NCBI RefSeq assembly: GCF_963921235.1
Contig: NC_086097.1
Coordinates: forward strand, 33,978,001 to 34,042,000
Direction of reading: 5' to 3'
Source of the DNA: Mobula hypostoma
Lineage: Eukaryota
DNA length: 64,000 nucleotides
Shown one piece after another: positions 1 to 11,949 of this stretch (position 1 is the stretch's first letter; each line of letters starts with the position of its first letter). The notes under the pieces were generated by a model that was given only the letters and a program-made list of their open reading frames with translations, was not told the origin of the DNA and ran no database searches. Made by a program: the position numbers and the translations under genes.

Positions 1-247
1 GGTCAGGCTCAAACATGATTTCCAACACAAGAATATACAATGATTCCTGGTTAATTGGGATGACATCGGGACTATTACATTTTGGCTCAATTAAGCAGCT
101 GTCCCAGTTAGTTGGGAATAGTTAAAAAAAAGTATAAAAAAAGACAAGCTACCATTTCACTGAGTAACACACTATGTAGTTAAATGAAATGCAGAACTAA
201 TTAGAACACTCCCAATGCCACCACGGTATGAAAAATCAGTGTATTAG

Positions 248-777
248 ATGATGATGATTATGAAGACACGTGAAGTCCTCTTTTATTGTCATTTAGTAAT
301 GCATGCATTAAGAAATGATACAATATTTCCTCCGGTGTGATATCACAAAAACAGGACAGACCGAGACAAAAAATCTGATAAAACCACATAATTATAACAT
401 ATAGTTACAACAGTGCAACAATACCATAACTTGATGAAGAAGTCCATGAGCACAGTGAAGCTCAAAGTTTCTCAAATGTCCCACATCTCAGGCAGACGGG
501 AGAAGGAAGAAAACTCTCCCTGCCATGCCGACCACAATCCGACTCTGAGTCATCTGAAAACTTCGAGCTCTGATTAGCTCTCCGACACCGAATACTGAGC
601 GCCATCTCTGTCTGAATGATTCGACCTCCTTCTCGGTCGCCAAAAGCAGGCAAGGCCAGGGATTTTGAGGCCTACCCTCCGAAAGATTCCAGACCACACA
701 GTAACGACAGCAGCGAACGGGCATTTCAGAAATTTCTCCAGATGTTCCTCTGTGCTTTCATGTCCATTCTCCATCAA
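248..777 (-). mobile_element. Non-autonomous retroelement (SINE-like), 5'-truncated copy 1 of 3
   Basis: Highly similar to 22144-22766 and to the reverse complement of 49176-49841; (atc)n tail and AATAAA on the minus strand. Confidence 0.75.
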
Positions 778-825
778 TAGTTTCTAATAGCTGTCGATGG
801 ATGAATTCATCCAGTGTACTCTGCC

Positions 826-1350
826 ATGTCTATGATGTTCAGGGAGGGTTAGCACCTCTGGTGAAGGGGCGTGTGTCTTTTTGGGGACAGCTCAATCACC
901 TTTGGTCCCCAGCAGACACTCAGCTCTCATCTGTCGCTCCAAGTAGCTGTTTGCAAGTGACAGTGGTCATATCCCACTTTACCGTTTCAACAGGTGGGCT
1001 AAACCAGGTGAGGGTAGCCGAAGGGCCTTGTACCCAGTGGAATAGGGACAAGCCTGTCCCAGCATGTGAAGTCAGTTCCGGCGGACTGGCAAATGAGATC
1101 AACAGTGAGATCCAACTGCCAATAAGGTGGCTCTGCAATATTTTGTGGAGAGAGAAGGGCATAATATGGCACGGAAGTCATGGTTATCCACTGTACCCAA
1201 GGAAGACCCCAGTTTGTGATGACTGTTCATATCACTGGACCCAGACTCATGAAGTCGAGAGAGTCAAACTGTCTCAGTACAACAGCTTTTCAGTTTTACA
1301 AGCTCTCCCACACAGGTGTCACTGTCATCATCAGATATGATGGACAACCA
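826..1350. repeat. Interspersed repeat, unclassified, nested in the Tigger-like element
   Basis: GC-richer block interrupting the AT-rich transposon body; ORF 801-1340 has no recognisable protein. Confidence 0.35.
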
Positions 1351-2129
1351 ATATGCTCCATGTTCTTTTGATTGACTATAAATGACCAAAACTAGTACAC
1401 ATACCTAGTGCAGGTAATGGACTGTCTTCATATAATGCTTTCGACAATTGCATCCTCCAAATCTTCACTTTCATTGTAGCATTCAAGCCAATTGTCAATA
1501 TCTTCAAATTACTCATAGCTCCTAACTTATTAAAGTAGTGAAATCATCTCATTTTCACTCCTGGTTATTTATGGCATCTTCAAGCCTGAATGTTTGAAAC
1601 CACAGTGAGCAAAACAATTCTAAATTGCCTTACTGCTTATTTCTCACCAACTATCAATAACAAAAATCACTGCTTTTTGAACACAAGCACACACAACTGA
1701 TGCTCTTTAAAAACTGTTTGCTCTAAGCATGGTGTGGTGTCTAACGGCCAGTAAAGTTCACGCGACTGATGCTAGTTAGAAACTGTTTGGCAACAGTCTC
1801 CTGTCCCAATTAAGCGGCATAGTATCTCAAAGAAATGAATAAAATCTTGATTAGTTCAATTTTAATCTCAATTTTCTCAATTAGTTTTTGTTCTTTAAGA
1901 GTTGTCCCAACCAAGTGGCTGCCTGATTGACCAATGGACTAATTAATCAGAATCCACTGTATTTAAATATCTTCTAAAGTGATATCATAAATCATTCAGT
2001 CCAAGAATAATTAGGGATGAGTAATAATGTTGGCCTAGCCAAAAACAATGTGGATGGACAAAATAAAATGTCATCGAACTCTCTTCCAAATCAGGTTTTC
2101 TTTGAATGGAAGGAGACTTGCGTTCTACT

Positions 2130-2412
2130 TATTGATGTAGTGATACAGCGTGGAGCAGGCCCTTCGAGCCCTATGAGCCACACCACCTTAGCAATACCAA
2201 AACCCTTAGTAACACGAACCTAATCACGGGACAAATTACAATGACCAATTAACCTACCTGGTATGTCTTTGGACCGTGGGAAGGTACCGGAGCACCTGGG
2301 GGTAAACCATGCATTCCATGGGGAAGACGTACAAAGACTTCTTACAGAATGACGTTGGAGTTGAACTCTGAGCTCTGAGCTGTAATAGTGTGGCACTAAC
2401 CGCGTGGTAACC
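2130..2412 (-). mobile_element. tRNA-derived V-SINE (HE1-like)
   Basis: Contains gtatgtctttggaccgtgggaaggtaccggagcacctgggggtaaacc (reverse complement of the V-domain), a degenerate tRNA head near 2412 and a CR1-like tail. Confidence 0.65.
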
Positions 2413-3127
2413 AAAGAATTCTGCTCACTCTTTGTTCATAAACGTAATCTCTTCATTCTGATACATCCCTTGTGGATATGTTCTGCATTTTGGTTAGTCC
2501 TTCAAGATTGTAAAGATCCTGAACTCTACATCAGACTCTAAGGAAGTAATAATACTTGCGTGTAGTGGGTTCAAGTGGTCCGCTAAATCACTATTGATTA
2601 CTACTACTACTTCGACTCAGGCCTAGGGGCCTAATGCAAGGTAAGGCAAGGCACTATTGATTGCCTGCGTTACATCATTGTTCAAAGTCACAGTTGCATG
2701 TCCAAGCCCAACAACGTAGAATCATTTGGAGACATAGCATGGAAACAGCCCCTTCAGCCCATCAAGTCAATGCTCACTATCAACCACCCATTTATACTAA
2801 TCCTACATCAACCCCATTTGTTTATTCTCCACACATTCTCATTTTTCTCCAACCTGCTGGTACACTAGGGGCAACTTATACTGGTCAATTAGCCAAGCAA
2901 CACATACATTCTGCTATTGCCCACCGCTGTTGGCTGTTCCTTCAAATGCCTGGACCATCAGATCTAGAGTTCTATCCCTCGACTTTCTGCTTCTTTACAT
3001 TTCCTCAAGATGCTACTTTAATCCAGGTTTATGGTCTATGATTTTGACGAGCTGTCTTAATGTCATATTAAATATCATGTTTGTTTGATAGCGCTCCTGT
3101 AAACCTCCTTGGGGTATTTCATTGCTT

Positions 3128-3572
3128 AATGGCAATGAATGGGTGAACATTTGAGGGGCATTTGATGGCTCTAGGCCTGTACTCGCTGGAGTTCAGAATA
3201 ATGAGTGGAATCTCACTAAAACCTATCGAATAGTGAAAGGTCCCAGTAGAGTGGATGTGGAGAGGATGTTTCCTATAGTGGGGGAATCTAGAACCAGGAG
3301 GCACAGCCTCAGAATAGAAGCTTTAGAATACAGGTAAGGAGGAATTTCTTCAAGCAGAGGGTGGTGAATATATGGAATTCATTGCCACAGATGGCTGTGG
3401 AGGCCAAGTTACTGGGTATATTTAAAGCGGAGGTTGATTAGCAAGGATGTCAGATGTTATGGAGATAAGGCAGAAAAACGGGGTTGAGAGAGATGATAAA
3501 TCAGCCATGATGAAATGATGGAACAGACTCGATGGGCCAAATGGCCTAAGTTTGCTTCTGGATCTTATGACC
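3128..3572 (+). mobile_element. CR1 LINE 3' fragment
   Basis: Degenerate LGLYSLEFRRMRG...SRTRGHSLRI coding plus the CR1 3' UTR. Confidence 0.8.
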
Positions 3573-4075
3573 TAGTGTCATTTATGTTGTTATCAATGTT
3601 AAACTTTTTTCTCCTGTGTAAGCAAACCCAAGTGCCTTACACTGTGGATTAGCTTATCATCACAGTTTAACCCAGTGAAGAAGTTTATCCAAAATGTTTA
3701 ATGTGAAACCTGTTCGATGGAAGTCAAAGGTATTAACCTGAATTTTTAACATCAGTAAATGTTTATAGAAAGTCCAACATAGTGCTATAAAAATGTTTAA
3801 TTTTTCTTTTACACATCTATTTTTTCTTTTGCTTGGTAATGCATAAATATCTTCAATTTGGCAGTGGCTGTCTTATCCTTTGTACCATGCCTGGGATTAT
3901 GGTTTCAGGTTGGTAATGTACCTGTATCGAACTAAGAACGACAGCATGGAACATTCCTGCTTTAGAAAGGCTAAAGAAAAAAGAACACATTCTCTGATAA
4001 ATTATTCTCCCTGCAATGCGATCATATTGTGCATAATTATGGATAATAAGAAAAACAAATAATTTGAAAACTTAC

Positions 4076-4129
4076 TTCATCACAAGTATATAGCCTGCAT
4101 ACATCAGGATCAGGATAAGGCCTTCCCAC
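4076..4129 (-). CDS. SLC24A4: NCKX coding exon, 54 nt: (W)WEGLILILMYAGYILVM(K)
   Basis: tttctttgag|G TGG GAA GGC...ATG AA|gtaag; phase 2/2. WWEGL is NCKX4-like. Confidence 0.88.
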
Positions 4130-4384
4130 CTCAAAGAAATAAACAAGATATCCATGGTTAGGGAATAAAACTGGAACAATACATTACACTGTAATCAATA
4201 TGTGGATTAAGCACCCTTTGAAGCAATCAGCCTGGAGACATTTGTGGGGATGATCAGTTCTAATACCTACTTATTTACTGGTAACTGAACAGTACTTTGG
4301 CCCTTCTATTCTTGCTCTGTGAATGCCGGAATCTGAGCTTGAGGATTGATATCATTGCCATTGGCTTTCAAAACATTGAGAAAA

Positions 4385-4830
4385 CTTAAACACAAGAGAT
4401 TCTGCAGATGCTGGAAATCCAGAGTAACACGCATTGGAGGAACCCAGCAGGTCAGGCAGTACTGTATCTATTGAAAAGAGTAAACAAATGACGTTTTGGT
4501 CCGAGACCTTTCATCAGGACTGGAAAGGAAGGGGGAAGATGCCAGAATAAGAAGTTGGGGGAAGGGGAAGGAGGACTAGCTAGAAGGTGAAAGGTGAACT
4601 CAGGTGGGTAGGAAAGATACAGGGCTGGAGAAGGAGGAATCTGATAGGGGAGGAGGGTGGACCAGAGAAGAAAGGGAAGGAGAGGGGGGACGCGGGGGAG
4701 GTGATAGGCAGGTGAGAAGAGGTAAGAGGCAAGAGTGGGGAATAGAAAAAGAGGGAAAGGAGAGGGAAAAAATTACCGGAAGGACAAATTGATGTTCATG
4801 CCATTGTACTGGGGGCTACCTAGATGGAAA
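4385..4830 (-). mobile_element. Penelope-like element 3' end (pseudo-LTR)
   Basis: Reverse complement of the 3' end of the Penelope-like element at 43331-44602 (cctgatgaa...gatttccagcatctgcaga). Confidence 0.7.
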
Positions 4831-5179
4831 CTTTCCCATTTATGAAAGCAAACAGTTAAACTATCCAAGGGCACATTGAACTGAATCACCATATTCATGG
4901 TGAAGCGCCGGATCATCACTTGGCAAAAACCTATGCTGGCCTACCAGAGTTTCAAAACTTGACATGCTGGACCAAACATTCATCACTTCATTTTGTAGCA
5001 GAACACAATGTTACAACAAGCCATGCTATCAGATGTATGAAAGACTTAATGGACAACAGTGGAGCTCTAATCACAAGGCATATATATTTTTGACACTAGC
5101 TGGATCTCTGTCTAGAAAAGAAGAAATCAAAGATGTATTTGCAAATTGTTATTGATGTATTTATACCATTATCATTGTG

Positions 5180-5805
5180 ACACAGGTAGATAGGGTAATG
5201 AAGAAGGTGTCTGGCATACTTGCCCTGATCAGTCAAGGCACTGATCACGGGAAATAGGGTGTGATGGTACAAATGAACAGATTATTGTTGAGATTGGACT
5301 TGTGGTATTGTGTGCAATACAATTCTCACATTGCCCACCTCTGGGAAGGATATCATTAAGCTGGAAATGGCATGTAAAAATTCACGAGAATGTTATCCAG
5401 GTCTGGAAGGCTTGAGTTATAAAGAGAAGCTGAATGGGCTCGGACTTCTCTCCCTGAAGGTTGAGAAGTGACCTTATTAAAGTACATAAACTCATGATGG
5501 GTGGATGGCCACAGTCTTTTCCCAGGGCAGAGGAGATGAAAATTAGAGAGCATAGATTTAAAATGAGAGGGTAAAAAAAAATTAAAGGGGACCTGGGGGG
5601 CAAGTAGAGGGCAGTTGTGCTGCCAGAGTCTTGGGGAAGTAGGTAGGATTACAATGTTTATCATTTGGTCAGGTTCATAGATAGAAAAGGACTGGAGGGA
5701 TAGGGGCCAAATGTGGGTAAATGGGACAAAATTAGGAAGATACGTTAGTTGGAATGGATGAGTTGGGCGAAAGGGCCTTTTTCCAAGCCATATGCCTCTA
5801 TGACT
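5180..5805 (+). mobile_element. Old CR1 3' fragment
   Basis: Decayed ORF2 C-terminus and ctctatgact tail. Confidence 0.65.
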
Positions 5806-5927
5806 ATTGTGTAAAAACTCAAGATCCTTTGATTAGTAAAGTTTAATTCCCCTAAGTTGTCAATAATTTATAGCTACATCATTTCATGTTAAAACTTTAA
5901 AGGTAATCATTAATTCAGACTACTTAC

Positions 5928-5953
5928 CAATCAATTTTCTCATCATACATGAA
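5928..5953 (-). CDS. SLC24A4: NCKX coding microexon, 26 nt: FMYDEKID(W)
   Basis: Poly-T tract, gcag|TTC ATG TAT GAT GAG AAA ATT GAT TG|gtaagta. Matches FIYDEQIVW of NCKX4, and phase 0/2 is required to join the flanking exons. Confidence 0.88.
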
Positions 5954-6524
5954 CTGCAAAAAAAGAAAGTAATTAAATAATTTCACTAACCTTCTTCTCA
6001 TTTCACAGAGTTTGAGAAAAACAATTTTGCAGTGTTGCCATTCTGAAACACACTTTTCATTGTAGTCACTAGTTCAAACCTGAACTTCCTTGATTGATAG
6101 CCACAGATATACTGTAACTTGTAAAGTAACTCCTCCTTTAGAAAACTAGGTGACTTGCCCACTAAGGCAAAGGTTTCATATAATAGAACCCAAAGCACAG
6201 AAGTTAAAGAGAGCAGAGAAATGAAACTGACTTAAATAGAAACAGAACAAGAAAAGAGAGCACGGGATTGAAATACTCGGGGAATAGAATCCAGAGTAGG
6301 TTTGCACATATGGCTGTCAAATCTAACCACCCCTTCTGAGAGACATCTTTTGGATAAAATAAGAATGCAGTTTGCAGATGGGTACAAGATAGTCCTGTTA
6401 TACTATTGGAAGAAGCTGAGGAAGGTTCTTCTCGTTGTCCAGACAAATCATTTAGTCAACAGGTTATCAGTCATTATTTCATGGCCGGTTGTGGGACATT
6501 CATGTGTGTACAATAATGTTAATA

Positions 6525-8033
6525 GGATCTAGTGCTTTCCCGGTGTATATGCCGAATAAACTCTTCTTTGGCTTCCAGCCAGGTACAGGTATCGACCGTA
6601 ACAGGCGATTTGATGACAAACTCCGCCATCTTCATCAGGGATGATGTCTGGGCATGTCTTGTCCTGTGATATTTATACCCCCGTCATCCGTTCCTCCTGA
6701 TTGGTTAGTCCTTATCCAATCATGTTTCCACCGTCCTACCTTGCTTACAATCGAATTCCAGTTTTTACTTACAGTGAGATCTTTGTCTTTGTTAAAATTC
6801 TTTTCCTCTAGATTTATTTCAATGGCTTCCTTCACCAGACGGTCCCAAAAGCCAATGGTACGGTTCAATAGTTTCGTGCTCTCAAAGTCAGTCCTAGGGC
6901 CATTGCAAATGCAGTATTACGCTTACCTGATTTCTCCAGGTAACCCAAATGTATGCATCTCCTGTGCTCCTTGATGCTGGTTTCCACTGTGCATCAGTGT
7001 CTGGCCGATATACGCTGTTCTGCATTCACAGGGAGTCCTGTAAATGACAGCCATCCTGAATCCCAGGTCAACTTTGACCCACGGTAGCTGTGATTTGAGC
7101 TTTCTTACAGGTTTGTGGATGGTATTGATCCAGTATTTCTTCAGGATTCTGGCGATCCTTCCAGAAACTGTGGAAATTTAGGGAAGACAGGCGGTAGTAA
7201 TGGGTTCCTCCTCATTGTTAGGTTTCCTGGATTTTCTGTCAGCTCTTTTAAGGGCCCGATTGATTTCTTTCACTTTATAGCCATTCTGTAGGAACATTGT
7301 GTGTAATCACCTTATTTCCTCGTGAAGACTCTCCGGGTTCAAAATAGTTTAAAAGGGCTGATGGAAAAACTAGGAAACCTAACGATGAAGAGGAACCCTT
7401 CACTACTGCCTGTCTTCCTGATATTTCCACAGTTTCTGGAAGGATTGCCAGAACCTTGAAGAAGTACCAGATTAATACCATCCACAAACCTGTAAGGAAA
7501 CTCAATTCACAGCTTATGCAGGTCAAAGATGACCTGGGATTCAGGACGGATGGCATTTACAGGATACCCTGTGAATGCAGAGCAGTGTATATCAGCATGG
7601 TGGAGACCCTCGTCAAGGAGCACAGGAGGTGCATCCATTTGGGAAACCTGGAGAAATCAGGTAAGCGTAATACTGCATTTGCAATGGCCCTAGGACTGAC
7701 TTTGACAGCACGAAACTATTGAGCCGTACCATTGGCTTTTGGGACTGTCTGGTGAAGAAAGCCATTGAAATAAAACTAGAGGAAAAGAATTTTAACAACG
7801 GCAAAGGTCTCACTCTAAGTCAAAACTGGAATTCGATTGTATACAAGGTGGGAAAACAGAAACCTGATTAGATGAGGACTAATCAATCAGGAGGGATGAA
7901 TGACAGGGGTATAAACACTAACGGACTAGACATGTCCAGGCATCATTCCTGATGAAGATGGCAGTCTGTGATCGAAACGTCAGTTAAAATCAATACCTGT
8001 ACTCTGCTGGAAACCTGAGAATAGTTTATTCAT
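6525..8033. mobile_element. Penelope-like (GIY-YIG) insertion made of two inverted 5'-truncated arms
   Basis: Right arm (+, ~7345-8033) encodes GIYRIPCECRAVYI...IKEH (GIY-YIG). Left arm (-, ~6545-7340) is its reverse complement. 13-bp direct repeat aataatgttaata at 6512-6524 and 8034-8046. Confidence 0.85.
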
Positions 8034-8057
8034 AATAATGTTAATATTTCAAAAATA

Positions 8058-8625
8058 TACTCAGTAGCCACTTTGTTAAGCACCTCCTGTATCTAATGAA
8101 GTGGCCACTGAGTGTACGTCTATGGTCTTCTGCTGCTTCTGCAGCCCATTCAAGGTTTGACGTGTTGTGCATTCAGAGATGCTATTCTGCACATCACTGT
8201 TGTAATGTGTGATTATTGCAGCTTCTGTTGCCTTCCTGTCAGCTTGAACCAGTTTGGCCATTCTCGTCTGCACTCTCTCAATAACAAGATGTTTTCACCC
8301 ACACAACTGCCATTTACTGGATTTTTTTTTGTTTTTCACACCGTTCTCTGTAAACTCTAGAGACTGTTGTGCGTGAAAATCCCAGGAGATCGGCAGTTTC
8401 TGAGATACTCAAACCACCCTGTCTGGCACCAATAATTATTCTATGGTCAAAGTTACTTAGATCACATTTTTTTGTTATTCTGCTGTTTGGTCTGAACAGC
8501 AACTAAACCTCCTGGCCATGTCTGTGTGCTTTTATGCATTGAGTTGCTGCCACATGATTGGCTGATTAGATATTTGCATTAACGAGCAAGTGTACCAATG
8601 TACCTAATAAAGTGGCTGCTGAGAG
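8058..8625 (-). mobile_element. Tc1-derived non-autonomous element
   Basis: TIRs related to cactcagtggccactttattaggtac; minus strand gives DLSNFDHRIIIGARQGGLSISETADLLGFSRTTVSRVYRE (Tc1 transposase N-terminal HTH). Confidence 0.85.
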
Positions 8626-9449
8626 TATTTCATGAGCTGTAAAGATGTTTGAAAACATCATGATACAGATGATATGTTTTGAAATTACCACTTTCTTTTC
8701 CAGACATCTAATCAAAGCAGAATATTTGATGACAAATATGTTAACTTTGCCATCACCCAACCCAATTTTGTACATTATTTTGGTTTTTACTGTGTCAATC
8801 TTCATGATTATTTCATAAAACTTATTTGAATTATTACCGACACTGTCGTTTCAGCTCTGCTTGACACGCAAAGCTTTGCGTCATTCTTACCGGAATATTA
8901 ACATTTGCAAATACTTTACTGATAGTCCTATCTATATTCCATATTTGTAGCAGATACTTATCAAGATGATATGTATTGCTATAAAACATGTGTCACTTCA
9001 TTGTAAAACAGTGAAAACTGCTCACTTCAACTCTGTCCTTAGGAATTAATTTTCTTCCAGTCATTGTCATGTAGAGCTCAGAGTGAAGTCGCAAAAGAAC
9101 TTGCCATTTATTGACAATCTGCCATTGAGATGTTCTGCTGGTTTCCAGCTATCTTTTTGACAGCTCGGTGTATAAATAGCCAGATTCATATATAAATAGC
9201 TAGATTCAAGGCAGTCAAAAAGACTTCCAGTGCCGAAGTCTGCATATCTGAAGAGAGAATTTTTAAAGCCAAATGCATAGAGCCTTGTGGAATGGAAATT
9301 TCACGTTTTATATACAGCTGTGTAGAAAGTAAAAGGAAAGTATAAATTTTATTATGATAAAGCTATATCATGGACCAGCTTCATGACTCCAGTTCTCTGT
9401 AATTTTCTTAATTTTGAGTTAACCTTCACAGCCTCTCTAAGAGGTGTAC

Positions 9450-10095
9450 AGTATTTTCATAAGATGTCATTAAGAAAGCAGATGCTGTTTTATAAATACT
9501 GGCATTGAAAGTAGGTGACTATGATAAACCTTTACAAAATACTGGTTCAGCTGCACGGAAACATCTGAACTGGGTGCTGTACTTTAGAGAAACAACTAAG
9601 TGTTTCAGAGAGGGTACAAGAATTTAATAAAATGTTTCTAGGGGTGAGGAAGTTGAATTATGTGGATATACCAAAACAAAAACTGGGTTGTCCTCCTTGG
9701 AACTGATGCAGTTGCAAAGAGACATTTTAAATATCTTGTTTACTGCATAAATAGAGAAAAACTGTTACCATTGACAATCACGAACATAGAATCTGTTGAA
9801 TTGTCTAATAGTAGAGGGCATATATTTAAAATGAGGGGGTTAAGTTAAAGGAGCTGTACGAGTCAAGTTTTTTTTACACAGTAAGTGGTGGGTGTCCGGA
9901 ATGTGCTGCCGGGGTGGTAGTAGAGGCACTTAAGAGGCTCTTAGACAGGCAAATGACTGTGCAGAAAATGGAGGGACATGGAAATTATGTGGGCAAAGGG
10001 ATTAGTTTAGTTAGACATTTAATTACGAGTTTAATTAGTTCAGCTCAACTTCCTTGTCTGAAGGACCTATTCCTGTAATGTACTGTTCTAAGTCT
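9450..10095 (+). mobile_element. Old CR1 3' fragments
   Basis: Decayed CR1 ORF2 end and 3' UTR (gaaggacctattcctgtaatgtactgttcta). Confidence 0.55.
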
Positions 10096-10829
10096 AAATT
10101 AGGTCATCAGCAGCAGAATTACAAATGACACAAAGGAAAATAATTTATGCAGTGAATGCTTATGCTGTGGAAGGCCTGCAATGGGTAGCGATGGAGGCAG
10201 ATTCAATTGCAGCTTAATAAGCATCCTAAAGGAAAGTTTCACAAAAATTGCTATTCCACTTGGATATAACCACATGTATAATACATCATGCAAGCCTATA
10301 ATAAACTCTTTCCATGGATCAGTTTCTCAAAATGGATGAGAAGCTTCCCACCATTTCACTGTTGATTAGTTTGCCCAACAGTAATGAAATAAAGATCTCT
10401 ATGAAAGAATTCACTTCCCTGCCCAAGAAACCAAGAACAATGATCAAATCACTACAACCATCAATGGACCCATGGAGAGGGGCTGAATGGATTGCTCTAA
10501 CATGGAACCTGATGGACTGATTGGTTTTCTTTAACGATTTAACCATTCTGCAAATATTACTGAAAACAGATAATGGTAGAAATGCTCAAAGGAAGAAAAT
10601 TGTTTCTGTAGAGAATATTGGGGAAAGCTACTGACCAGCAATACTATCTCTATTTTTCTCTTTAGAGACGTTACTGAAATTGAATGTGATTTTAGTATTT
10701 CCTGTTTCAGCTCCTTTGATCATTTTAGTGACCTGATCCTTGTTCTTGGTTTCTTGGGAAGGGAAGAGAATTCTTTCATAAGGATCTTCCTTTGATCACT
10801 ATTGAGCCAAGCTAATCAACAGTGAATTG

Positions 10830-11228
10830 GATTTGAATTGGAACTTTGTACTATGGACTCTATTTTCCAGTCTTATAGTTCTTATATTCTGTGTTTTTTT
10901 GCCTGATCTTCACAATTTTTTATTGTGCGGGTAGGGGGATTTGGGGGTTGATCTGCCTAATCCATTTTGTTTGTTTTTTTGGGCGGGAGGAAGGATTTAG
11001 GGGTTGACGTGCCTGATCTGTTTTGTTTGTTTTTAGTGAGGTGAGGTAGATTTGGGGGTTGACGTGGCTGTTCCGTTTTTGTTCATTTTTTTGTGGGGAG
11101 ATGGGATTTGGGGGTTGGTGATTGTACTGCCTTTCCTTTCTCTTTCTTTCTTGGTTTCACGGCTACCAAGAGAATTGAAGAATTTCAGAGTTGTATACTT
11201 TGATAATAAATGACCTTTGAACCTTTGA
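10830..11228 (+). repeat. LINE-type 3' tail with internal ~55-60-nt tandem repeat (about 4 units)
   Basis: Repeated gatttgggggttga...ttttgtttgtttttt units at ~10928-11130; ends gataataaatgacctttgaacctttga. Confidence 0.6.
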
Positions 11229-11578
11229 TATAAATCAATACATCAGACTAACACCCATTTTGAGAAACTGCTGTATGGAAAGAATTAGTTAAAGGCTTGC
11301 AGGATATATTACACATACAGTTACATCTTAGTGGAATTAACAATTTTCTTGTGAAATCCATTCCATTTGTGGAACTTTATTTTGCATCAATAATTTTGGA
11401 GCAATAATGTCTTTTAAATTCTAGAAAAAGTTTCTTCCCCAAGAAGAGTAAGCCTTCTATCTTGGATCTGCAGAAAAGCATTCACTCTAGTCACTATAAT
11501 GATTAGGGCACTACAATACGTCATAGAAGGAACTGACACTAGCCAACTGATGTTTTAAGGATGCATGAAATATACTTA

Positions 11579-11781
11579 AGAACATCAGAAATAGGAGCAG
11601 GAGTAGGCCATCTGGCCCATTGAGCCTGCTCCACCATTCAATAAGATCATGGCTGATCTGGCCATGGACTCATCTCCACTTACCTGCCTTTTCCCCATAA
11701 CCTTTAATTCCCCTACTATGCAAAAATCTATCCAACCTTGTCTTAAATATATTTACTGAGGTAGCCTCCACTGCTTCATTG
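11579..11781 (-). mobile_element. CR1 3' end, short
   Basis: Reverse complement of the 3' end of the CR1 at ~33040-33240. Confidence 0.85.
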
Positions 11782-11949
11782 GCTTATTCTATCAAAAGAA
11801 AATTCTTATTTTCCCAGATGTCAGTGCCTGTACCTGTTCTAGCTCCTAAGCATTTGTAAGGATGACAATTCTGATAAAACTGATGTGAATTTTGAAGCTG
11901 GAAGAATTTTCCGTAGTTTGCCCTGCATTAAAACAGAGAAATTGAGCAT

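Larger units (their letters stand above)
38..1959. mobile_element. Tigger/pogo-like non-autonomous DNA transposon remnant with two nested retroelements
   Basis: Degenerate TIRs caatgattcctggttaatt (38-) and aattaatcagaatccactg (-1959), TA on both outer sides. Confidence 0.6.

Noticed and set aside
3897..3921. Possible next SLC24A4 exon: minus strand acag|G TAC ATT ACC begins like the expected K-Y-N exon
   Set aside because: Stops after YITNLKP and has a weak pyrimidine tract. The true exon is probably beyond the window start.
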